A stretch of 64,000 nt of DNA, from contig JAZBNV010000046.1 of assembly GCA_036350795.1 (NCBI GenBank), positions 3,089-67,088 of the forward strand, read 5' to 3'. Below the pieces are notes generated by a model. That model worked only from the letters and a program-made list of their open reading frames with translations, did no database searches and was not told the origin of the DNA. Position numbers and translations under genes: made by a program. Position 1 is the stretch's first letter. Every line of letters starts with the position of its first letter. Shown piece after piece: positions 56,074 through 64,000 of this stretch. This DNA comes from Marinilabiliaceae bacterium (lineage in GTDB: Bacteria; Bacteroidota; Bacteroidia; Bacteroidales; VadinHA17).

Positions 56074-58728
56074 ATGCGAACCTTTTCTTTTATAATAATC
56101 AGCCTCTTGTTTTTTGCCTGTGGCCGGAACGAAAATACAGCCCCATACAAGAACCCTGATCTGGCCATAGAAAAAAGGGTTGATGATCTCCTGTCCCGAA
56201 TGACACCGGAAGAAAAATTCTGGCAGATGTTTATGATTCCCGGGAACCTTGAGCCAGATATGTCTAAGTATAAGAATGGAATATTCGGACTCCAGGTTTC
56301 GGCAAAAGGACGTAGCGGCAATGCTGCCGGGCAGATGCTGGAATACGGCGCCGAGGGCACACCGGGAGAAGTGGCAGACAGGATAAACAATATACAGAGG
56401 TATTTTATTGAAGAAACACGTCTTGGAATACCTCTTATACCTTTTGACGAGGCATTGCACGGACTGGTAAGGGAAGGAGCAACGGCATTTCCGCAATCCA
56501 TCGCCCTTGCAGCTACCTGGAATACTGAATTAATGGGCGAGGTGGCTGCCAGTATTGCTGATGAGACAAAATCGAGGGGAATAAGACAGATTTTATCGCC
56601 GGTAGTAAATATTGCCCGTGATGTTAGATGGGGCCGCACCGAAGAGACTTATGGAGAAGACCCCTTTCTGTCGGCCAGGATGGGAGTTGCCTTTGTGTCT
56701 GAATTTGAAAAAAGGGGGATAATAAGTACACCAAAACATTTTGTTGCCAACGTAGGCGACGGCGGACGCGATAGTTACCCAATACATTATAATGAAAGAC
56801 TAATGGAGGAGATATACTTCCCGGCCTTCAGGGCATGTTTTAAGGAAGGAGGAAGCAGATCAGTAATGACATCCTATAATTCATACGATGGATCACCATG
56901 TACTGCCAGCAGCTGGTTACTACGCGATAAATTAAAAGGAGAATGGGGTTTTGACGGATTTGTAATTTCTGATGCAGGCGCCACAGGAGGAGCAAATGTA
57001 TTGCATTTTACAGCAAAAGATTATCCCGGATCAACAGCTAATTCAATTAATGCGGGCCTGGATGTTTTGTTCCAGACCTCCTTCGATCATTATCCTTTAT
57101 TCTGGCCTGCTTTCCGGGACGGCTTAATTACTTCAGAAAATATTGATAAGGCAGTTAAAAGAATTCTTAAGGCGAAATTTGAACTGGGCCTCTTTGAGGA
57201 TCCTTATGTTAATCCGGAAGATGCAGTATCTTTAAATGGTAGTGCCGGGAACCGTGAAACTGCTCTTCGGGCAGCGAGGGAATCAATAGTTCTTTTAAAA
57301 AACAACGGCATACTTCCTCTTTCAGAAAAGGTAAAAAAAGTGGCCCTGATTGGTGTGGATGCAAAAGAGGCCAGGCTGGGCGGATATTCAGGTCCGGGCA
57401 ATAGAAAATTGTCGGTTTATAAGGCATTGAAAGAGCAAAATAGCGATTGTGAGCTAACTTATGCCGAAGGACCCGGGCGAAATGATTTAAGATATATAGC
57501 TGTACCACAGGATGTTCTGAAAATGCCCGACAGTGATGAAAGCGGACTGAAAGGAGAATATTATAATAATAATTCTCTTGCAGGAGATCCGGTTCTTACA
57601 CGTAAGGATTCTCAAATACACTTTGGATGGACACTTTTTTCACCAGACACCTTACTTGCTTACGACTGGTATTCGGTAAGATGGACAGGCAGCCTGAGGT
57701 CGCCCTTATCAGGAATGTATGAAATAGGTCTTGAGGGGAATGATGGTTATCGTATGTATATTGAAGACGAGCTTATAATTGACAACTGGCAAAAAAAATC
57801 ATATAGCAGGCTAACTGAGGATTATTATTTTGAATCAGGAAAGGAATACAAGATTAGGATTGAATTTTTTGAAAGCACGGGTAATGCAAGAATAAAACTA
57901 ATATGGAACCAGGGACTTGAACGCAGAACCGAATACAGGATAAATGAAGCTGTTAAACTGGCCCGTGAGGCAGAAGTGGCAGTTTTGGTGCTTGGAATTG
58001 AAGAAGGAGAATTCAGAGACCGGGCTTCACTTGCCTTGCCGGGAGCACAGGAAGAATTAATCTTAAAGATAGCCGAAACCGGTACACCCATGGTTGTACT
58101 TATAGTTGGAGGAAGCGCGGTAACAATGCAAAGCTGGTATAGTAAAGCAGATGCTATTCTTGATATATGGTATCCCGGCGATATGGGAGGTCAGGCCGTG
58201 GCCGAAATACTTAAGGGAGACTATAGCCCTGCCGGAAGATTGCCGATAACTTTTCCGATGGACGAGGCCCAGCTGCCACTGTACTATAACCATAAACCAA
58301 CCGGGAGAGGAGATGATTATTTAAACCTGACCGGTCACCCGCTCTTCCCCTTTGGTTTTGGTTTAAGTTATACCAGTTTTGAGTACTCTGATCTTGAACT
58401 TTCAGATAGTAATATTAATGCCGGAGAAACAGTTAAAATTACGTGCCGGGTAAAAAATACCGGTGCTTATGACGGAGATGAGGTGGTTCAGCTTTATATC
58501 CGCGATGAAATAGCCTCGGTAGCACGTCCGGTAATGGAATTGAAAGGTTTCCAAAGAGTGCACATTAAAAAAGGTGAATCCGAAAAGCTTATATTTGAAC
58601 TCGGAAAAGAAGAACTTGAAATGCTTGATATTAATATGAAGCGGGTAATTGAACCCGGTGCTTTCAGGATAATGATCGGAGCATCGTCAAGGGATATACG
58701 ACTTAGAACACATCTTTATGTAAATTAA
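56074..58728 (+). CDS. Glycoside hydrolase family 3 (beta-glucosidase/xylosidase-like) with PA14 insert and FnIII domain, lipoprotein
   Basis: Lipobox FFAC; EALHG, WGRTEETYGEDP, KHF, VISD nucleophile region, RESIVLLKN, FPFGFGLSYT. Confidence 0.93.
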   Translation: MRTFSFIIISLLFFACGRNENTAPYKNPDLAIEKRVDDLLSRMTPEEKFWQMFMIPGNLEPDMSKYKNGIFGLQVSAKGRSGNAAGQMLEYGAEGTPGEVADRINNIQRYFIEETRLGIPLIPFDEALHGLVREGATAFPQSIALAATWNTELMGEVAASIADETKSRGIRQILSPVVNIARDVRWGRTEETYGEDPFLSARMGVAFVSEFEKRGIISTPKHFVANVGDGGRDSYPIHYNERLMEEIYFPAFRACFKEGGSRSVMTSYNSYDGSPCTASSWLLRDKLKGEWGFDGFVISDAGATGGANVLHFTAKDYPGSTANSINAGLDVLFQTSFDHYPLFWPAFRDGLITSENIDKAVKRILKAKFELGLFEDPYVNPEDAVSLNGSAGNRETALRAARESIVLLKNNGILPLSEKVKKVALIGVDAKEARLGGYSGPGNRKLSVYKALKEQNSDCELTYAEGPGRNDLRYIAVPQDVLKMPDSDESGLKGEYYNNNSLAGDPVLTRKDSQIHFGWTLFSPDTLLAYDWYSVRWTGSLRSPLSGMYEIGLEGNDGYRMYIEDELIIDNWQKKSYSRLTEDYYFESGKEYKIRIEFFESTGNARIKLIWNQGLERRTEYRINEAVKLAREAEVAVLVLGIEEGEFRDRASLALPGAQEELILKIAETGTPMVVLIVGGSAVTMQSWYSKADAILDIWYPGDMGGQAVAEILKGDYSPAGRLPITFPMDEAQLPLYYNHKPTGRGDDYLNLTGHPLFPFGFGLSYTSFEYSDLELSDSNINAGETVKITCRVKNTGAYDGDEVVQLYIRDEIASVARPVMELKGFQRVHIKKGESEKLIFELGKEELEMLDINMKRVIEPGAFRIMIGASSRDIRLRTHLYVN

Positions 58729-58738
58729 AATAATATAT

Positions 58739-59032
58739 ATGCAATTTCTCTTAAGCGCCTACGATGGCACCGACGATATGGCTTTAGAACGAAGAATGAG
58801 AGCCAGGGAAGAACACCTGGCAATGGTACAAAATTTAAAGGAAAGCGGAAATTTTATCTGGGGAGGAGCAATCCTTGATGATAGTGATAAAATGGTTGGT
58901 TCTGTAATAGTCTACGATTTTGAATCAAGAGAAGAACTTGAAAATATGCTGAAAACCGAACCATATATAAAAGGGGATGTCTGGCAGAACATCAAAATAG
59001 AAAACTTCAGGCTTGCGAATATCCAGGCATAA
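58739..59032 (+). CDS. YciI family protein
   Basis: AREEHL, GGAILD, EPYIKGDVW. Confidence 0.85.
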   Translation: MQFLLSAYDGTDDMALERRMRAREEHLAMVQNLKESGNFIWGGAILDDSDKMVGSVIVYDFESREELENMLKTEPYIKGDVWQNIKIENFRLANIQA

Positions 59033-59054
59033 TTCATGCATAAATATTGTTGGG

Positions 59055-59471
59055 ATGGTAAATCGGAATATTTTATTTATTATTTCAGGCTTAATCTGGC
59101 TGGCTGTTGGATTGATGCTGATAAGTTTTGCAAGGATAAGAATTGATGAATATGAAGGCGAATACAGCTGGTTGTTTGTTGCCGCAGGGCTGCTACTGGC
59201 ATTTATCAAGTTCAGGTATATCTTCAGGGCAATGGTTGATCAAAACCTGGCAAGACTTTATTCTCTTCGGGAAAAGGAACATTTTTATAAGTTTCTTCCC
59301 CCCTCAGGATTTGTGCTGGTTGTGGTAATGACCCTGCTGGGTATTTCGATGAGAAAATTTGGCTTGCCCGGGCAATATATTGCCCTTATCGATATAGCCA
59401 TTGGATTTGGGCTGTTTTTCTCAGGTATCAGGCATTTTCAGCGTTATATCAGGTCTGATTGTGCCCGCTAG
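59055..59471 (+). CDS. Small membrane protein (hypothetical)
   Basis: Four hydrophobic segments; start moved to MVNRNIL. Confidence 0.7.
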   Translation: MVNRNILFIISGLIWLAVGLMLISFARIRIDEYEGEYSWLFVAAGLLLAFIKFRYIFRAMVDQNLARLYSLREKEHFYKFLPPSGFVLVVVMTLLGISMRKFGLPGQYIALIDIAIGFGLFFSGIRHFQRYIRSDCAR

Positions 59472-59487
59472 GCAGCTCTGGAATTAC

Positions 59488-60084
59488 CTATGGCTGCAGC
59501 CTTCTTGTGCTCCACTTTTCTTCTTCGTAGAGGTACTCAATACGGGTATGAAAGCGGTCTTTTCCTTCTTCCCAGAATTCAAAGCGATCGGGAACAAGGC
59601 GATAACCACCCCAATCAGAAGGTCTCACAGGATCTTTATCGCTGTAATACCTGTAAGCAGACTCCCGTTTTTCTATATACTTTTCAATGTTTTCTATAGG
59701 CTTGCTTTGGTCTGAAACAATAGCATTGATCCTGTGCCCCTTGTTTCTTGAATTAAAATATGCCTCAGATTCGGCTTCTGCTACTTTTTCAACCGCACCT
59801 TCAATTCTTACCTGTCGCCCTGCCTCTGGCCAGTAGAAAAGCATGGACGCATAGATATTTTCTGCCAGCTGCTTCCCTTTGCGACTGTTATAGCCGGTAT
59901 AGAATACAAAACCTTTGCTGTTATACTCTTTCAGTAAAACCACTCTCGATGAAACTCTTCCGGCAGACGAAGCCGTGGACAGAACAACAGCATTTGAATT
60001 TTCTTTCTCCTTACTGAATATATTCAGGTACCAGCCATTAAAAAAAACAAAGGGATTACTTTCTTCCGCTTCAATATTATTCAT
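59488..60084 (-). CDS. pdxH: Pyridoxamine 5'-phosphate oxidase
   Basis: SRVVLLK, FYTGYNSRKG, RQVRIEG, FEFW, RFHTR, RRLQP. Confidence 0.93.
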   Translation of the reverse strand: MNNIEAEESNPFVFFNGWYLNIFSKEKENSNAVVLSTASSAGRVSSRVVLLKEYNSKGFVFYTGYNSRKGKQLAENIYASMLFYWPEAGRQVRIEGAVEKVAEAESEAYFNSRNKGHRINAIVSDQSKPIENIEKYIEKRESAYRYYSDKDPVRPSDWGGYRLVPDRFEFWEEGKDRFHTRIEYLYEEEKWSTRRLQP

Positions 60085-60150
60085 AGCACATAGCTTTTTC
60101 TATAAAACATTTTTTTGGTGTAACTTGTTTTACTCAAAAACAGGAATATT

Positions 60151-60729
60151 ATGGCTTTTACATTACAGATAGGAGATAAAGCGCCTGCTTTCAGCCTTAT
60201 GGCAACCGATGGTGAAAAGTATTCGCTCAATGATTTTACAAGCACTTACCTTGTTATTTTCTTTACCTGCAATCATTGTCCTTATGTTATTGGATCAGAT
60301 GAGAATACAAGGACTCTTGCAGAAAAATATGCCGGAAGGGGTGTTGAGTTTGTAGCTCTTAACTCAAATAGCCCAAACACTTACCCTGAAGATGATTTCG
60401 ATCATATGGTTTCAAGAATGGAAAAATTTAAGTTCCCATGGAAATATCTTTACGATGAAACCCAGGAGATAGCAAAAAAATACGGAGCTCTCAGAACACC
60501 TCATTTTTATCTTTTCAATAGTGAAAGAGAACTTGTTTATACCGGAAGAGCAGTAGATTACCCCCGCGATGCATCACGGGCAAAGGTTTTTGATCTTGAC
60601 CGGGCAATAGATGAATTAATAAATGGAAAGGGTATTTCCAGGCCGGTAACCAACCCCATAGGCTGTAACGTAAAATGGGATGGAAAAGACGCTCACTGGA
60701 TGCCTGCCGACGCCTGCGACCTGGTATAG
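60151..60729 (+). CDS. Thioredoxin-fold AhpC/TSA-like protein
   Basis: [29 protein letters not shown]. Confidence 0.85.
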   Translation: MAFTLQIGDKAPAFSLMATDGEKYSLNDFTSTYLVIFFTCNHCPYVIGSDENTRTLAEKYAGRGVEFVALNSNSPNTYPEDDFDHMVSRMEKFKFPWKYLYDETQEIAKKYGALRTPHFYLFNSERELVYTGRAVDYPRDASRAKVFDLDRAIDELINGKGISRPVTNPIGCNVKWDGKDAHWMPADACDLV

Positions 60730-61005
60730 ATTTAATGAACTTTTACCTCATTAAATAGTAACCTGGCGACCAATTTGATAATTCATTAAAGTGCCGGGAT
60801 AATAAATCTTACCTTTGTTCCGTCTGCTTTCAGAAAGAAAACAGGGGATGCCGACAAAGAAAATAAGCTATAATATTGTGTTGCATATTATGCTTCTCCA
60901 TGGCTGTTAAGCACATAAATATGTATCTGTCGTCAAAAAATTGTTTGTTGTGAAAAAGAATTTACATTTTTGTATTCTTAAGTAATCAACAATTATGACC
61001 GTGAA

Positions 61006-61710
61006 ATGAAAGATCCCTTTAATAATGAAACCGGACTGAACTGTGCACTCTGTAACGAAAAATCATGTGCTACCCTGGTTTTAAATGACGGTCAGTTAAA
61101 TTCGCTCAGCGAAAACAGCAGGGAGACAACAATAAAAAAGGGAGAAATCATTTTAAAATCAGGAGCCCTTACCTCACACATGGTATATCTTAAGAATGGC
61201 TACGTAAAAGAGCATGTTGAGGGGCCGGGCCAGAGATCCAGGATTTTACAGATTATTAAACCACATTCCTACCTTGGGCTCCAGTCGCTGTTTGGAGCCA
61301 GGATTAATCATTATTCATATACAGCTCTCGTAGATCTTAATGTCTGCTATATTGACATTAACCTGTTTATGGAATTTATTAAAGACAGGGGCCAGTTTGC
61401 ATATGAAATGCTAAAATATGTCAGCAGCGAAAGTCTTTATAAGGATTTTCATCTCATTAACCAGGGGCATAAAAAAATGTATGGCCGCTTTGCGGATGCA
61501 ATGTTATACCTCTCGGAAGAAATATTTAATTTAAAGAAATTTGACCTCCTGCTGACACGTCAGGAACTGGCCGAGCTTGCCGGGATGTCGAGGGAAAATA
61601 CAGCCAGGGCAATTTCTTACTTCAAAAATGAAGGTATACTCGATATTAGCGGCAGGAATGTTGAGATTAAAAAAGCAGAATTACTCAGGCAAATTAGTAA
61701 AAACGGGTAA
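61006..61710 (+). CDS. Crp/Fnr family regulator (paralog 2) with FNR-like Cys set
   Basis: C13-x2-C16-x4-C21 and C114; HTH LTRQELAELAGMSRENTAR. Confidence 0.9.
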   Translation: MKDPFNNETGLNCALCNEKSCATLVLNDGQLNSLSENSRETTIKKGEIILKSGALTSHMVYLKNGYVKEHVEGPGQRSRILQIIKPHSYLGLQSLFGARINHYSYTALVDLNVCYIDINLFMEFIKDRGQFAYEMLKYVSSESLYKDFHLINQGHKKMYGRFADAMLYLSEEIFNLKKFDLLLTRQELAELAGMSRENTARAISYFKNEGILDISGRNVEIKKAELLRQISKNG

Positions 61711-61722
61711 AAATTAATTATT

Positions 61723-62202
61723 ATGCGTTCAATACTTATTCTATTCATTGCTACACTTTTCATAGTATCCTGTAGTAATAAAGCAAGCGAACTCAGCGGC
61801 GATGAGCGGCCTGAATTATCCAAAACCGACAGGGAAGAGATAATGAATACTTTTATGCTTACGCAGGAAGCATGGAATAATTATGACATTGAAGGGTTTA
61901 TGTCGGCTTACTGGAACTCTGACAAGCTTGTTTTTACAGGTGTTGGAGGACCAACCTACGGGTACCAGGCAACACTTGAAAATTATAAGAAAAACTACCC
62001 CGACCAGGAAACAATGGGCCTGCTGAAGTTCACGGTTGTTGATCTTTACAGGATTGACAATTCCAGCTCCCTGATGATAGGAAAATTTTATCTTTCCAGA
62101 AAAATGGGTGATCTTGTTGGATATTATACCCTTGTCTGGCAGAAGATCGATGGTAAATGGAAAATTATCAGCGATCACTCAAGTGGCCAGCTGATAAAAT
62201 AA
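61723..62202 (+). CDS. SnoaL/DUF4440-like (NTF2-fold) lipoprotein
   Basis: Lipobox IVSC; AWNNYDIEGFMSAYW and W..IDGKWKIISDHSS. Confidence 0.8.
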   Translation: MRSILILFIATLFIVSCSNKASELSGDERPELSKTDREEIMNTFMLTQEAWNNYDIEGFMSAYWNSDKLVFTGVGGPTYGYQATLENYKKNYPDQETMGLLKFTVVDLYRIDNSSSLMIGKFYLSRKMGDLVGYYTLVWQKIDGKWKIISDHSSGQLIK

Positions 62203-62214
62203 TTTTCTAAAGCC

Positions 62215-63993
62215 ATGGAACCAACCCGTATTTTTGATCTTACAGAAAGAATAAAAAATATCTTTCCCGATAAATGTGCCCTGGCCGGTAAAACCGGTGG
62301 TGAGTGGACCAGCTACTCTGGCTCTGAATATTACGACCTCTCGCAGAAAGTTTGTTATGGACTGGTTAAGATGGGATATAAGCAGGGAGAAAAAATCCTT
62401 ACCATATCCAACAACCGGCCCGAATGGAACTTTATGGATATGGGAATGTCAATGGCAGGCCTTGTCCATGTTCCAGTTTACACCTCTCTTTCCGACGAAG
62501 AATATAAGTATGTTATCGATCATTCCGATGCCTCGCTTGTAGTAGTCAGCGATGCTAAATTTTATGAGCGAATAAACAAAATATGCAAAAGCAGCAAAAA
62601 GGTAAGGGATATATTTACATTTGACGATGTTGAAGGAGCTAAAAACTGGAAGCTAATCCCTGAAGAAGGAAATAATGCTGAAGAGTCGCTCAGGAAGAAA
62701 GCAGAAAATATAAGACAGGCAGTTAAACCCGGAGACCTGGCTTCAATTATTTATACTTCCGGTACCACGGGCAATCCAAAGGGCGTAATGCTTAGTCACG
62801 ATAACCTGGTAAGAAATTTTCTGGCAGCAGCAGCAGTGTTCGGGCTCGGGCCTGAAGATCGTTTTCTTAGCATTCTGCCGCTGTGTCATGTCGGAGGCAG
62901 GCTGGGCAACTACCAGACCCAGTACTCCGGAGCATCGATATATTATGCCGAAAACATGGGCACAATTGCCAGGGACCTGAAGGATATACAGGCTTCTGGC
63001 TTTGATGCCGTACCAAGGGTGCTGGAGAAAATATATGATAATGTAATTGCAAAAGGACGGACCCTGGAAGGATTCAAAAAGAAACTTTTTTTCTGGGCTG
63101 TAAAGCTGGGATTGAGATATAAGCCTTTTGGAGAGAACAGCTTCCTGTATTATATAAAGCTTAAAATTGCCGACAGATTGATCTTTAGTAAATGGAGGGA
63201 AGCACTGGGAGGCAAAGCAAGGCTTGTTGGTTGTGGAGGAGCAAGTCTGCAACCAAGGCTGGAAAGGATTTTCTGGGCCTCGGGTCTCAAAATCCTGAAC
63301 ATGTACGGCCTTACAGAAACTTCTCCTATTATTACAATAAACAGGCAGCATAAGGGAGAATGCAGGCTTGGCTCTGTTGGGGCGCTGATTGACGGGGTAG
63401 AGGCCAGGATAGAAAATGATGGCGAAATAGTATGCAGGGGTCATAATGTAATGCTTGGTTATTACAAGGATGAAGAATTAAGCAGGGCGGCATTTACTGA
63501 TGATGGCTGGTTTAAAACCGGAGATGTGGGTCATTTCGAAGATGATAAATACCTGGTAATAACCGACCGGAAGAAGGAAATCTTTAAACTTTCGAGCGGT
63601 AAATTTATTGCGCCCCAAATAATAGAAAACAGGCTTAAGGAATCTGTATTTATCGACCAGGTAATGGTGATTGGTGAGCATGAAAAATTTGCCAGCGCCC
63701 TTATTGTTCCCGATCATGCCTACCTTAAAGACTTTGGAAGAATAAATAATCTGGAATCTGATATTCATGCCCTGGTAAAAAACGAAAAGGTTATTAAGGC
63801 TATTAACGAAGAAGTAAACAAAATTAATAACTCATTGGCCGAGCATGAAAGAATTATGAGGATACGGATAGTTTCCGATCAATGGTCACCGTCAACAGGA
63901 GAATTATCGGCAAGCCTGAAACTTAAGCGACGCCCGGTAGAAAGCAAATACAGTGAAGAAATAAATAAAATCTACAGAAAACAGCCGGCCTGA
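62215..63993 (+). CDS. Long-chain-fatty-acid--CoA ligase (AMP-binding), second paralog
   Basis: YTSGTTGNPKG, YGLTETSP, GWFKTGDVG, GKFIAP, SLKLKR. Confidence 0.92.
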   Translation: MEPTRIFDLTERIKNIFPDKCALAGKTGGEWTSYSGSEYYDLSQKVCYGLVKMGYKQGEKILTISNNRPEWNFMDMGMSMAGLVHVPVYTSLSDEEYKYVIDHSDASLVVVSDAKFYERINKICKSSKKVRDIFTFDDVEGAKNWKLIPEEGNNAEESLRKKAENIRQAVKPGDLASIIYTSGTTGNPKGVMLSHDNLVRNFLAAAAVFGLGPEDRFLSILPLCHVGGRLGNYQTQYSGASIYYAENMGTIARDLKDIQASGFDAVPRVLEKIYDNVIAKGRTLEGFKKKLFFWAVKLGLRYKPFGENSFLYYIKLKIADRLIFSKWREALGGKARLVGCGGASLQPRLERIFWASGLKILNMYGLTETSPIITINRQHKGECRLGSVGALIDGVEARIENDGEIVCRGHNVMLGYYKDEELSRAAFTDDGWFKTGDVGHFEDDKYLVITDRKKEIFKLSSGKFIAPQIIENRLKESVFIDQVMVIGEHEKFASALIVPDHAYLKDFGRINNLESDIHALVKNEKVIKAINEEVNKINNSLAEHERIMRIRIVSDQWSPSTGELSASLKLKRRPVESKYSEEINKIYRKQPA

Positions 63994-64000
63994 TGGAGAT

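Noticed and set aside
56005-56639. 163-aa and 193-aa antisense ORFs
   Set aside because: Shadows of the GH3 gene.
62743-63444. 233-aa antisense ORF
   Set aside because: Shadow of the acyl-CoA ligase gene, with no protein-like motifs.
1-64000. CRISPR arrays, tRNA/rRNA genes, transposases, prophage and defence genes
   Set aside because: No spaced repeat array, cloverleaf/T-loop motif in intergenic DNA, or such protein motifs were found by eye.

Overview
Core chromosomal region of a Bacteroidota (Bacteroidales-like) bacterium. This assignment rests on TAnnTTTG -7 promoter boxes, signal peptides with Gln at +1 or xSC lipoboxes, and Bacteroidetes-type LspA and PurF. There are about 57 protein-coding genes, mostly housekeeping (polA 5' end, queD, ispB, uvrC, ade, mnmG, ybeY, envC, dut, pheS, ruvB, nadA, rpiB, hemW, purF, pdxH), plus scattered glycoside hydrolases (GH95, GH2, GH3 and an unclassified GH-D-like protein). 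I found no rRNA, tRNA, CRISPR array, IS element or prophage. The strongest non-coding signal is that the window probably spans the replication origin: an AT-rich 570-bp nadA-rpiB gap carries repeated variant DnaA boxes (TTWTNAACA), gene orientation flips across it, and a parS palindrome sits next to mnmG about 18 kb away. Other notable items are a Tat/lipoprotein-signal TldD paired with a signal-less TldE (possible periplasmic piggy-backed protease), a duplicated 23-bp operator controlling a membrane protein-wHTH-creD operon, a PurF with a degenerate glutaminase domain, a stand-alone E2-like acyltransferase core, a type Vd-like patatin, a heptamer tandem repeat and an unannotated 56-aa membrane protein. 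I cannot show that any of these is a previously undescribed system; all functional calls are by motif recognition, without database searches.
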